Source: Octopus vulgaris (taxonomy: Eukaryota). From it: DNA of 64,000 nt. How positions within the stretch are numbered: the first letter of the stretch is position 1; every line of letters starts with the position of its first letter. A program made the translations under genes and the position numbers. The stretch is taken from the NCBI GenBank assembly GCA_951406725.2, contig OX597825.1:45880001-45944000 (forward strand), read 5' to 3'. This document shows positions 27,023-39,969 of the stretch, piece after piece. The notes under the pieces are model-generated. The model was not told the DNA's origin. It searched no databases and saw nothing but the letters and a program-made list of their open reading frames with translations.

Positions 27023-27357
27023 CTGTTTTCTGACTTTGTAAACATGTCCACGGGTGTTAGACTAGTGGAGTTTGAAAAGGTGCTCAGATGGTTAATAATT
27101 TTATGGGTGTCTGCCAAGTCAGCTGCCAGACGTCGGAGTTTCAATGTATCCATGCCCAAGGAAATAAGGCGTTCAGAATGTCGTGTGTGGGAGATAGTCG
27201 ATATATAAAGGCACCTACCTTCTCTTCGCTCTGATAAAGACCCTTCAGTGGTAACGGATCCTTCGTCACAGCCCCAACCCGAATGCTAAAGATAGCAGCT
27301 GCTTCACCCAACCTTAGCAACGCCTTCACACGTCTTAACACCTCGGCGACCCTCGTT
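27023..27357 (-). other. 335-bp inverted segment (CR1 piece 27023-27178 + distal 3' LTR 27179-27357)
   Basis: The reverse complement reads LTR distal 179 bp, TSD TTCTG, then CR1 sequence ending GAAAACAG. Confidence 0.9.
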
Positions 27358-27359
27358 AC

Positions 27360-29281
27360 GGTTAATATAGGGCGTAACAAATATCAGAAAATCAAAAAAA
27401 AAATGTGTGTAATAGGTGTAAAACAACTTCCTATGAACGAATATGAAAAAAAAATTCGCGCACGCGAAAGGGGGTGGGGGAGAGGCCTCGGAAAATTCAC
27501 ATCGGGAAGTTCCGAAAGCGTCTGAGGAGCTGACCCGGGCACCAAAACAAAAAAAAAATAGTGTAATATGTGTAAAACAACTTGCTCTAAACGAATATGA
27601 CCAAAAAAAATGCGCTCTCGCGAAAGAGGGGTGGGGGAGAGGCCTCGGAATATTTATATCGGGAATTTCCGAAAGCGTCTGAACCGGGCACAAAAACAAA
27701 AACAAAAACAGCGTAATAGGTGTAAAACAACTTGCTCTAAACGACTATCATGAAAAAAATGCGCGCTCGCGAAGGGGGGTGGGGGAGAGGCTTCGGAAAT
27801 TTCACATCTTCAGTCCACGGCCTTTAAACTAAGAAAAAATAGTGTAATTGGTGTAAAACTACTTGTTCTAAACGAGTATCAAGAACACACACTCACACAT
27901 GAATCATAAACTCCGTATTTCGCAAAAAAAAAATAAAGAGAAGAAATTCTGGAAAAAGTGAAGAAATGTTGGATCTCATTCCTTGGTTAAAGCTATTTTA
28001 AACATTAAATTTATGCTTTTCTTTGAAATAGTTCAGATATATGCAATTCTTCTCACTTATTAAGATGCATTTATCAGAAAAAAAGAGACAGAAAAAATAA
28101 TTATTTTGTGTCAATCCTTCCCTAATTATCCTTTATTAATTAGTTTTGGCGTGTATTTTTTTCCCAAATTTATTTTTTCACCTTTACAACACTGTTTAGT
28201 AAAGCAATTAATTATCTTTATAATTTGCATATTTGACTTATTAATCAAAATTCTCTAGATGTAATATATACTAAGTAATGCATCCTTCATTTATGTGTTC
28301 CGTTCTGTATTATGCATGCGTGACTGTTTGTATGTAAGTGTGTTTAACTGTGCACATGAATGTGAATATTAAAGAACATATTTATTTACTATGATTGTTA
28401 TTTTCAGAACAAATAAATCTTTTGGCTGTTATGTTATTGATGTTATTATTATTGCTAGTTAAAGGGTGGTGACTTGGCTGAATATTTTGAGTCTTGTAGT
28501 ATGTAGTTGTGTTAGTCAATATTCTGAGTTCAAATCCAACTCATTTCTTTATCATCATTATCGATGGACCACTCAAAGAGGTATGTATACATTATCATTT
28601 TCGTAACATAATTTCTGTAGTATTTCAAGATGTTTCTGACACGTATTTTGATTCACATGGCGGAGATCCAACATTTCTTCACTTTTTCCAGAATTTCTTC
28701 TCTTTATTTTTTTTTTGCGAAATACGGAGTTTATGATTCATGTGTGAGTGTGTGTTCTTGATACTCGTTTAGAACAAGTAGTTTTACACCAATTACACTA
28801 TTTTTTCTTAGTTTAAAGGCCGTGGACTGAAGATGTGAAATTTCCGAAGCCTCTCCCCTACCCCCCTTTCGCGAGTGCACATTTTTTTCATGATAGTCGT
28901 TTAGAGCAAGTTGTTTTACACCTATTACGCTGTTTTTGTTTTTGTTTTTGTGCCCGGTTCAGACGCTTTCGGAAATTCCCGATATAAATATTCCGAGGCC
29001 TCTCCCCCACCCCTCTTTCTTGAGAGCGCATTTTTTTTTGTCATATTCGTTTAGAGCAAGTTGTTTTACACATATTACACTATTTTTTTTTTGTTTTGGT
29101 GCCCGGGTCAGCCCCTCAGACGCTTTCGGAACTTCCCGATGTGAATTTTCCGAGGCCTCTCCCCACCCTCCTTTCGCCAGCGCGAATTTTTTTTTCATAT
29201 TCGTTCATAGGAAGTTGTTTTACACCTATTACACACATTTTTTTTTTGATTTTCTGATATTTGTTACGCCCTATATTAACC
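27360..29281. mobile_element. Non-autonomous foldback DNA transposon, ~618-bp modular TIRs, 8-bp TSD (Merlin-like by termini)
   Basis: Arms 27360-27977 and 28663-29281 are inverted copies built from ~155-bp subrepeats, around a 685-bp AT-rich spacer. GG...CC termini. GAAAACAG at 29282-29289 and its reverse complement at 27023-27030. Superfamily is inferred. Confidence 0.85.
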
Positions 29282-29585
29282 GAAAACAGCACAGCTCCCA
29301 TGACTTTCGGAAACATTTTTTCACGCTAAGAGTTGCTGAAACATGGAGCAGACTGCATCAGTTGTTAGTTGTCGGAGCACTGCATCCTTCAAAACTTCCA
29401 TGCTTCCTGAGATTCACCAACACTACACCTGACTTTCTGCCCTCCATACACACGCAAGCATGTATCTGACTCATACACTGTTCACTTTCCAGACATTTGT
29501 ACATTACTGCATATACTTTATAAGCACTTTTTGACAAGTTGTGGTGCACCTGAGCACTGTATGCAATAATTTCATTATTATTATA
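29282..29585 (+). mobile_element. CR1-like LINE 3' end (continuation) with short (ATT)n tail
   Basis: Homologous to ~18960-19283. Confidence 0.85.
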
Positions 29586-29834
29586 TTATGGCTTATACAA
29601 CGGCAAACATGGTATGTTGTGTTTTCTTTGTTGACGGCGTTCTTTCAAAATAAACTACTCTAAAATTTAGAAATGTAGAATTTATAGTTTTCATTTGAAA
29701 CGACACTATTGTTCATAATTGAAGGGCGGCAACTCATCATTTTAAGGGAGGTAATCATTCCTAATCTGTGGAAGAGAGAAAATGTGAATAAACAAGGACG
29801 AATGAGTTCGATGAGTTTATAGTTTTATTAATAA

Positions 29835-30845
29835 CTAGCAGTATCGCCCGGCGTTGCTCGGGTTTGTAAGGGAAATAACTATATAAGCATTTTTAGAGAG
29901 TTACTTCCCTTATAAATTCGGGCTTTCTTAGCCATTTTTGTTTTGGTGTCTTCAAGCCATGAAGTCGTTGTTCTAAAAGAACGCTGGTCTCCTTCACAAC
30001 GCATTACGACGTTGATTTCTTTACACTCCCTTCCCCACAGCTTCACGAGGGAGGGAAGGGGAGAAGCAAACAGGTGCAGCTGTGAGCGTGGACGCCAACT
30101 CCGCCGCCATCGACACACGATGCATTTTATGCATTAAAATGGAATAAAAAATGATGTTAAATTATTTTTAAAATCGTAGACTCATCGTTGACGCGCGCTA
30201 ATAGTCAGACGGGCTCGATATGAATCACGACTATAAGATACCCGAATTTGGTTAAACTGCACCGCAAAATGTGGGAGGAGTTAGGAATCTAAATCGAAGG
30301 GGACAGACACTCACACAACTAGAGTTTTATATATATAGACTAGCAGTATCGCCCGGCGTTGCTCGGGTTTGTAAGGGAAATAACTATATAAGCATTTTTA
30401 GAGAGTTACTTCCCTTATAAATTCGGGCTTTCTTAGCCATTTTTGTTTTGGTGTCTTCAAGCCATGAAGTCGTTGTTCTAAAAGAACGCTGGTTTCCTTC
30501 ACAATGCATTACGACGTTGATTTCTTTACACTCCCTTCTCCACAGCTTCACGAGGGAGGGAAGGGGGAGAAGCAAACAGGTGCAGCTGTGAGCGTGGACG
30601 CCAACTCCGCCGCCATCGACATACGATGCATTTTATGCATTAAAATGGAATAAAAAATTATGTTAAATTATTTTTAAAATCGTAGACTCATCGTTGACGC
30701 GCGCTAATAGTCAGACGGGCTCGATATGAATCACGACTATAAGATACCTGAATTTGGTTAAACTGCACTGCAAAATGTGGGAGGAGTTAGGAATCTAAAT
30801 CGAAGGGGACAGACACTCACACAACTAGAGTTTTATATATATAGA
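29835..30845 (-). mobile_element. Head-to-tail dimer of a second non-autonomous Helitron (29835-30339, 30340-30845)
   Basis: Minus strand TCTATAT... to hairpin CCCGAGCAACGCCGGG + 8 nt + CTAG. A|T flanks; near-identical ~505-bp units. Confidence 0.85.
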
Positions 30846-30899
30846 TATATCTCAAATGTGTTTATATCATTTATTTCTTACAACAATATTCATTACTTT

Positions 30900-31045
30900 T
30901 TTGAGTTCAAATTCCACCGAGGTCGACTTTACTTTTCATCCTTTCGGGGTCGATAAATTAAGTACCAGTTGCATACTGGAGTCGATCTAATCGACTGCCC
31001 CCTTCCCCAAAATTTCGGGCCTTGTAGCTAGAATAGAAAAGAAGA
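30900..31045 (+). mobile_element. tRNA-derived SINE fragment
   Basis: B-box-like GAGTTCAAATTCC followed by GAGGTCGACTTT..CATCCTTTCGGGGTCGAT. Related copies at ~38600-38780, ~55500-55770 and ~62655-62770 (minus). Confidence 0.6.
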
Positions 31046-31789
31046 GATAAAAAGCATTACTTTTGATTGTATTGATAAGTAAAGGCATATCACATAATAG
31101 ATCATAATGGCAGCAAGAGATCAGTGGCATAATGGCATAATAGATCAGTGAGCAGTAAGGCTGCATCGAACTTCAATAACAGTTTTGGCATGGTTTCTAT
31201 AAGTAGATAGCCATCGTAACATCAACTATTTTACAGTGTGTACTGGGTACTTTTTCATAATACCAGCATTAGTGAAGTTGCCAAGTTACCTGCAAGACAG
31301 GATAAGAACAAGAAAAGAAAAAAAGAAAAACCTCATGAGGGGAAGGTAACCAATGGTTAGAGATGTGAGGGGGGGAGTCAAGGTGAATGTAGTGGGTAAT
31401 GAATAGGAGTGGAGGTGCAACTTGATGAGAAGTATCAGTATTGGGAATGAAGTGGGTAAGGTGAAAGAAATGTAGGATGATGAGCAAAGTAAGCAGAGGG
31501 ATAGGAGATGTAGAGATATATAAGGATGGCTATTTGAGTGGGCATGGTTGTGAATACAAGAGGGCATTGAGAATGATGGCAGATATGAGAGGTATTGAGA
31601 TAAAGTATGGCAGAGGAGATGGGGAGATAAGAGGAGGTACAGAAAGGTGATCAGTGAAAATAGTGTAGGGAAAGGATGATAATGAGAATGACGTGGGATG
31701 AAAGTAGATACTGGCAGTGCAAAGAAATGGGGGGGGTAATATATACCAAAAAGGGAGGGACGTTGGGGAGGTCATGGGTTAGGGAGATG

Positions 31790-32590
31790 AGATCTAGGGA
31801 ATTCTTCCTAGCCTTCTTCCACAAGTTGCATTCACTTTAAGCAACTGGTACTTCTTTATGCAGCTGTCCATATGCATCACGTGACCAAACCTGTGCAATC
31901 TTGCACAATACATTGGATTCCATTTTTGCTTAATATTTCATACATGCACACTAACATTGCATGGAACACACTAACTTCATTACTCTTTAGTCTTTGCACT
32001 ATCATGTAGCATTGCTGTGCATAAACAAGTATCATGCAATCTGCTCTTTACTTTGAGAGAGAGACCTTTTGTTGTCAGCAAAAGTAACAGCTCTCTGAAC
32101 TTGCTCCATCCTGCTCTAATTCCAGCAACTACACTTTCAGAACATTCTCTTCCATTGCTGCTTATTGTTCCTATGCATCTTATGCATATAAACACTACTT
32201 TCTCCATTAACATTCCTGTAATTCCACTACATCTCTTGTGTGTCCATAGCTTGTACTGGGTACATGATATGGAATTCCTACTTACACCTTTCCTACATGT
32301 CAAGCAGAGCCTTTATCTGAAGGTAGTAGATTCCTGTCTGTTTCCCTGTTTACTTGAACTTTGGTCTTGGTTAATTTTAACTTTAAGACCCTTTGATTCC
32401 AGGTTTTGCTTTTGTATCTGGAATTTCTTTTCTAATTCTCTGCCAAATAATATGATTTACTCTAAGCTAAATGTGTCTGCTGCAGTTATCTGAAGAAGTT
32501 GTCTGAAGAAAGGTTTCAGTTGTATTTCTCACAAATCAAACTACATGTAATCTAGTCTAATTCTGTTCCTAATTAACTGAGCTATAACTC
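31790..32590 (-). mobile_element. Old RTE LINE fragment (continues at ~38120-38590 beyond a ~5.5-kb nested insertion)
   Basis: ORF 31980-32303 homologous to the other RTE C-termini. 38077-38340 encodes the immediately upstream NDWCSS..CYKGKGGALD region. Confidence 0.7.
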
Positions 32591-32592
32591 TC

Positions 32593-32720
<128 letters not shown>

Positions 32721-32916
32721 TAATACAAATAAGAGAATGGAGAAAGAATTTAGTTTGTTCATCAACTTTCGGATATTAGAAAGTTGAATTATTTATTCAT
32801 TTAACAAAATGAAAACCTTAATAGCATACATATATACCTTATAATTCAATACATATAAGATAAGAATACAAATTATAAAAATCATAATATAAATTATTGA
32901 AATCATTAAAATCACT

Positions 32917-33043
32917 CCTTACAGCTATTTCAGCCTATGGTTAAAAGTAGTATTTTTTATTGCCTATAGTTGTCAATTATATTGAGGTTGTAGGCATTTA
33001 AAAATAGGGTACTTATATATATAACCATAGGCCTTGTCAGAGA
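32917..33043 (-). ncRNA. Decayed canonical type I (Penelope-type) hammerhead ribozyme motif
   Basis: Minus strand: TCT-CTGACAA-GGCCTATGGTT-[~80 nt]-AACCATAGGCT-GAAATAGCTGTA-AGG. 11-bp stem II, near-palindromic stem III, G8 changed to A. Confidence 0.6.
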
Positions 33044-33347
33044 TTATAAAGAACTCCAAAATATTAATACATGAAACAGGATACATGTATAATTTAATAT
33101 ATATAAAAAATATGAACAAATATCCATATAGACTTATACATATACATATATACACATATACATACATAAGCAGAGTATATATACTTTTACATGTGTAAAA
33201 ATACATAAATAAATACAATTAAACAGTTGGTCCAAGTAAATAGACCATTCGTCATATACATAGATATACATATACTGGAACATATAAACATGTCTATGCT
33301 CATGACTACATAAACAATAATCAATTATTAATATTATTATTATTATT

Positions 33348-36300
33348 CAGTAGTTTTATTTTTATAGCGTGCTTTCACTTCACTACCGAGCGCAGCTCTG
33401 TGTGCCTTGGGTATGTGCTGTGATTTGTTGTGATGCTCTGATGGTTATTGTATGGAAAGTGTTCTGCATAGGATGTGTGCAGTGCCTAGTAGTGCAATTT
33501 TCTGTATGTTATATGTGTTTGTAAGTCCTGGTGTTTTTGTTATGTATTTGTCTGAATATTTTTTTATCATGCCTAATGCACCTACTATGATAGGAATTGT
33601 TTCTGTTTTCAGATTCCACATTCTAGTTACCTCTATTTCCAGGTCTTTGTATTTTGAGAGTTTCTCCATTTCTTTTAGAGACACGTTGTCATCAGCCGGT
33701 ATTGATACATCAATTAGAAAGCATTTTTTTCTTCATGATCTCTGACAACTATATCTGGTCTGTTGGCCTTAATTTCTCTATCTGTGTGTATTGGCATATC
33801 CCAGAGTATGGTTGCTTTCTCGTTTTCTGTGACCTTTTCTGGTGTGTGCCTATACCATCTTTTTTCTGTTGTTATTCCATAATGTTGGCATAGCTTCCAA
33901 TGTATGTAGGTTCCAACTCTGTCATGTCTGTGAATATATTCCTTCTTAGCCAGGACTGGGCAGCTAGAGATAATATGATTTATTGTTTCTTGTCCATCTC
34001 CACATATTCTGCAGTTACTTGTAATATTTCTTTTCATTACATGTTTTTGGTAATTTCTGGTGGGGAGGCTTTGGTCTTGTGCTGCAATTAAAAATTCCTC
34101 TGTTTCTGCTTTGAGTCCTGAGCTTCTCAACCATTGCTGGGATTTTTCTTTGTCTATTTCTTTTGTGTTTAGTTTAGTCCAGTATTTACCATGAAGGGGC
34201 TTTTCTTGCCATCGTTTTATCATGGTTCGTTGCTGTTCTATTTTTAGTTTGGATTTCATTTGTTTTATCGCTTTTGTTGTTTCTTCATCTTCTTCTTCTT
34301 CTTCGTGTTTATTAGGTGGTATGATTTCTTGTTTGTATTTGTCAGCTTCCTTAAATACTGAGAACAGTTTTTTGTTTTGCTCGTGTTTTGCCGCTATCTG
34401 GATCAGTTTTCCTTCCTTCTGAAGTAGATATTTTTGCAGTCCTATGATGGTTATTTTATAGTAGTTTTCCAGCTGTATAAGGCCTCTACCACCTTCTATA
34501 CATTGTATATATAGTCTTTCTATGTCAGATTTTGGGATGCATCCTAGATCCTGTCATTATTTTTCTTGTTTTCCTATCTATTTTGGTCAGTTCATTTAGT
34601 GTCCAGTTAAGGATATTGTAGCTGTAACTTATAACTGGGACAGCTAAAGTGTTGATACCTATTATCTTGTTTTTAGCATTGAGCTCTGTGTTTAGTATTG
34701 ATCTAACTCGTCTATAATATTCTTTTTTTATTTTCTCTTTCATTTGTGTGTGTTGTGTCTTATCTAGTTCATGGATTCCTAAGTATTTGTAAATTTGGCT
34801 TTGGTCTAATTCTTTTATTTCATTGGTTTTACCTAGTGTGATGTTGTTGCTCTTAACTAGTTTTCCTCTTTTCATGGTTACTTTGGCGCATTTTTCTAAT
34901 CCAAATTTCATATCTATTTCTTTGGTAAATCCATGAACTGTCTTTAATAGTGTTTCCAGCTGTTTGTCATTTGCAGCGTATAGTTTTAGGTCATCCATAT
35001 ATAAAAGGTGGCTGATCGTTTTGCCGTAACATTTATATCCGCATCCAGTTCTATTTAGCATATCAGATAGAGGTGACAGTGCCAAGCAGAAAAGGAGTGG
35101 AGAGAGCGTGTCTCCCTGGAATATTCCTCTTCTAATGGGGATGTCTTTGGTTTTCATGAGTCCCTCTTTTGTTTGGAGGTGTAGGGCTGTTTGCCATTTA
35201 TTCATAGAGTGCTCTATGAATTTTATGATTGTTGGTGCTACTTTGTTAATGGCTAGTGTTTCGAGGATCCATGTGTGGGGGATGCTATCAAACACCTTTT
35301 TGTAGTCATTCCAGGCCATACTGAGGCCTTTCTTCTTTCTGTGGCTTTCTTCAGTTATGGCTTTATTAATCATTAGTTGATCTTTACAGCCATATGAGCC
35401 TTTGCGGCATCCTTTCTGCTCTTCTGGGAACAGTTTGTTTTCGTCCAGGTGCTTGTTCAGCCTTTGTGATATCACTGCAGTAAATACCTTGAACATAGTA
35501 GGGAGGCAGGTTATTGGTCTGTAGTTTTCTGGTTTTTCTGTTTCATTTGATTTGGGAATTAAGATGGTTTTCCCCTTCGTGAGCCATTCAGGCATTGTCT
35601 CTGGCTCTGCTAGTACGTTGTTAAAGTTTTCAGCCAGCTTTTTGTGCATTCCTGTTAGATATTTCAACCAGAAGTTGGGGGATCTTGTCATGCCCAGGTG
35701 CCTTCCAGTTGCTTAGTCTTTGCAGTGCCTGGGTGACCTCTTCAGTTGTTATGGGGGTCCAAAGTTGTTCAGATGCCGAGTTTGTTATTTTGATACTCCT
35801 TTTTTTGGTGGTTCATTCGCCGACCATATTTCTCTCCAGAATTCTTCCAATTCTTCTGCCGTTGGTGCTGCAGTGACTTCTATTTTATTTTTGCCCAGTT
35901 CTTGGTAGAACTTTTGGGGTTGGAGTTGAACTTATTGTTTTCTTCAAAGAAGCGTTGGCGTTTCTTGTACCGGCGGATCCTTTGTGCTTTAGCAAGGATA
36001 TCTTGCTTCAGCTTTTCTTTTATTTCAGGCAAATCTTTCTCTGTGATGTTATATTTGCGGAGTATTTTCGTTCCCTTTTTTGTTGCTCAGTAGCATTGAT
36101 TGTTTGCTGATTTCATTAAGAATCGACAGGTCTTTTCTAATTTTTTTTATTTTGCTTTGGATGTTATTTATCCACAGGGTTTGTTTGGGTGGTGGTACTC
36201 CTGTTTGGGCGGGTTTGGGTGAGTATCCAGCTTCTTTTGTGGCTGCAGTGGCTGCTGCGTATATTAGGTTATTTAGCTCAGTGATATCACTTTTTTTTGA

Positions 36301-37302
36301 TTCAGTGGCTATCAGTTCAGTGACGGCTAGGTTTATGCTGTTTATAATAGGTGTTGTTATTTCGTTTATTTTGATTCTTGGGAGGTATGGTCGGTGGTCC
36401 ATTTTGAGCTCTGTGGTTTTCAGTTCTTTGATTATTTTATTTTTTATATTATCATAATCATTAGGCTCCCCTTCGTTGTTTACATCGTGTTTGTTGGGAA
36501 TGTTGCGTTTGTCTTCATGTTTTACAGTTTCAGTGTTTATATTATTGGGCATTGTTGTGTGGCTTCTATCTACATTTTCCTGGTGTATGTTTTCTTTTAG
36601 GTGTTCTATTTCTATTTCTGATATTTTTTTTGTGTTGAGAATGTATCTTCGTACGTTAGCTAATTTATTAGGGTTCATTGCTGTATCCAAGTCTATATCT
36701 CTATTATTTTCCTTCCATATTTTATATGTATGTGTTGTTGTATTTTCATTTTTTGGGTAGAGTACTGCTGTGAAGTATGCGTGTAAGATAGAAATGTATT
36801 CCTCACGTGTCCATTTACGTCTTTTGGGTTTTATTTGCGGGACATGAGGTACAACGTCCGGCCCATTATTTTGACAGTCGTCATTTTCGTAGGGTACTGG
36901 TCCGTTTATTTCTGTTGTCACATTATTTCGCACGTGTAGTTTTTCGTACATTTTTTGTTGTAAGTTTAATGTACGTACTGCTCGATTGTTATTCTTGGGT
37001 TGAATAGTATCGGTGGCATTTAATTTCTTCATAGTTCCTTTGTACATGGTGTTTGGGGTCGGGGATGATCGTGATGTTCCACGCATGTTTACATGTGTTG
37101 CGTTAGAGGTGGAGATGATATCGAGTCAAAAACATCATTTCGTTTCGAAAATAGTAATAAATTTCAATTAGTATTACTTACTTGGATACAGTCCAATTCT
37201 TTGTTAGTAAAACTTTGGCTCCATAGGATGTCCTTGTTTTCGATGTTTGTGGATAGATTTCGGAGCTCTGAATTTTCCTTCTTACATCCCCCGGTGTTAT
37301 TC
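33348..37302 (-). mobile_element. Near-full-length R4/Dong-like non-LTR retrotransposon (RT + restriction-like endonuclease) inserted in (TAA)n
   Basis: Single fragmented ORF with RT, CCHC finger and REL endonuclease motifs; (ATT)n runs on both sides (33332-33347 and ~37303-37417). Confidence 0.9.
33445..37086 (-). pseudogene. R4/Dong ORF, frameshifted
   Basis: RRKWTREE (N-term), NYRPITCL, GIFQGDTLSPLLF, YMDD, CRICGDGQETINHIISSC, RHD, NRPDIVV, EKLSKYKDL. Confidence 0.9.
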
Positions 37303-37303
37303 A

Positions 37304-37417
<114 letters not shown>

Positions 37418-38789
37418 CAATAATAACAATATTATTAGATTTATAGTAATTTTCACTTGACAATACATATAATAGATTCTAATATATCAAATATTACGAT
37501 ACAAGATAAACAATCCCCAATCCATACAAACAAATATAAATATATATATATACATATATATATATATACATATATATATACATATATATATATATATATG
37601 TATATAAATATATAAAAAACATACAGTTAGACCATGGCTTTTAGTATATAGTTCTTCTTAATACATACAAGTTCATGCATGTGGGTAACAAATAGAAGCA
37701 ACATGTACATGTATTTATATACTCACGAATATACACCAATATCAATATGAGGATTTTTTTCTTTTCGTCAAAGTTGAAGTTAAAATTATATTTATATTTG
37801 TATTTTTATCCAACGAATTAATATAGTATCATAGAATAATTCCACAAAAATTTATTAAATAATAAAACATTTGATTATGTATGATAGATAAGCTATAATA
37901 GCTATGTTATATGTTATATATTAATATTTTAGAGCTTCAAAATTATTGGAGGTTAGGGAGCGATTATTTTAAATCACAAGCTATTTCTAATTGGTTAACA
38001 CATTTGAATTTCTACACTTCATTTACTGTTAGTTAATAGAAGAAGCATATTAAAAGGGTTCTGTGGGAAAACTCATTTAAGTTAAAGGGGTCTTTGGTAG
38101 TGAAAAGGTTGGGAACCATTGATCTAAGGCACCTCCTTTACCCTTGTAACAGCTGATTAGAATGCTGCTACACCAGTCATTGAATATGACTCTTGGTATA
38201 ACTTGATTTACCATGCAGATGACTATGCAGTATCCCACTCCACCAAATATTTTAAACATCTTAACAGTAATTCCTGATAGACCAGTATCTTTCCCTGTTT
38301 TTGTATTCTTAATTTGCTTTATTTTAAAAACTGTTAACAACTAGAATAATTAGCCCCTCTGTTAGATCATTAGTTGGGAGAATCCTACACATTTTCCATA
38401 TTTAACAGCCTTTCATAGCAGCACTTCCATAACTCTTTCTTTTCAGAATCACTAAGTAAAAACATACCATTATCCTTTTGTACATCTTGATTCTCTCTTA
38501 TGCATTGTCTTGCAATTTGGAATACCTCATGCCTTTCTACTTCTATCCTTGCAAAATATGTCATCTAGCTTCCCTTTTAGCTAAATTTTGACATAGAGCC
38601 AGCAATTGTAGGGAAGGGTGCAAGTCAATTACATCAAACCCAGTGTCCAGCTGGTGCTTATTTTATTGATCTTGGAAGGATAGAGAGCAAAGTTAACTCC
38701 AGCAACATCTGCATTCAGAAGAAATTCCACCAAGCATTTTTTCCTTGGATGGTAACAATTCTGCCAGCTCATCACCCTGCCCCTTTTAG

Positions 38790-39740
38790 CTAATTGATAA
38801 AGTTTTTGCTGCCTCTATTATTCCACTCTTTCCAAGTCTGTTTCTTCAGGTATTTGGCTGTGTCTACCACTATGGCACCCTTGGCCTGGTTGAAACTTTG
38901 CCCCAGCCACAGATTTGGTCTGTCACCCTCAGTATGTTGTCCTGTAAGAACTACCAGTTGTCCCCTGTGTTATTGCCTCAATCTCCTCCTTCTCGTGAAA
39001 TGCTTCTATTCACCTTTGATTCTTTAACAGATCAAAAGATCCTTAAGCTTCCATGATTTCTTTCTAATATTCACAGGCTCATATTTCACTACTATGCAGC
39101 ATAGCACTTTGCACAGAAGCATCATATTAATCTTCCTTTCATTCTGAGGGAGAAGCCTTTATTACCAGTGAAAGTAACAGCCCCTTGAACTTTTTCCAAC
39201 CTGTTCTTACTCCAGTTACTATACTTTCTGAGCACTTGGCTCCATTGGTACTTAAGTCACCTAAGTAACACAAGCTACTAGATATTTCTAAAGAGCTGTC
39301 TGGGAATTTGAAAGAATCTATTTACCAGGTGATACTAGTGTTTATTACCCCAGTGCATGTATTGCATATGAAATCTGCCTTCACTATTAGATTGCCTGTG
39401 ATCCTACTTCACTTCTTGTGTATACATCACTTACACTGAGCATACTGCATAGAACTTCTACTTCCTCCTTTTTTCCTTGATGGTAGCCAAGTCTTGTCTT
39501 CTTTCCAATTTACTTTGCTAAGTTTACTTTAAGGCCCCTCAATTCCAAATTGTATTTCCATGTTCAGAATTTCTTCTCTAAATATTCTAAGATACTGCAA
39601 TAAGATCTAAGTTATTAGCCTACAGGTATTCCCAAGGATGGCTTAGAGAATTCTGATGAATGGGAAGCGGCTAAGGACTGAGCCTTGATGCATTCCTAGT
39701 TGCACACTAAATTAATTGCTAACCCTCATCCTGCTAACCT
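38790..39740 (-). mobile_element. Old RTE LINE fragment
   Basis: Decayed GMHQGSVL, CYLGD and RT C-terminal similarity to the other RTE copies. Confidence 0.6.
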
Positions 39741-39969
39741 TCAACTCTATTTGTGGCTTATACAAACCATTTGCCTATAGGAGATGTGTATTCTGGGACT
39801 CTGAAGCAGACCCAGGAGAGAACAACTGTTAAGGGTTGGATATGAAAAGTTTAATGATGGTTGCTTCTGATAGAACTCTATGGAATAGGTGCCTAAGGAC
39901 TCTAGCTTCCCATGACCCTTCCAGGTATAGTGGGTGGAGAAGCTGGATGGGCGGATAGACCATCCTTCA

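Larger units (their letters stand above)
23010..27357 (+). mobile_element. Compact Ty3/Gypsy LTR retrotransposon (decayed pol; 3' LTR split and partly inverted)
   Basis: gag-PR-RT-RH-IN order, paired LTRs, 5-bp TSD TTCTG, purine-rich tract before 26863; markedly more GC-rich than the flanks. Confidence 0.92.

Noticed and set aside
27395-27880. Regularly spaced repeats resembling a CRISPR-like array
   Set aside because: They are ~155-bp subrepeats of a transposon TIR with no unique spacers, in eukaryotic DNA with no cas genes.
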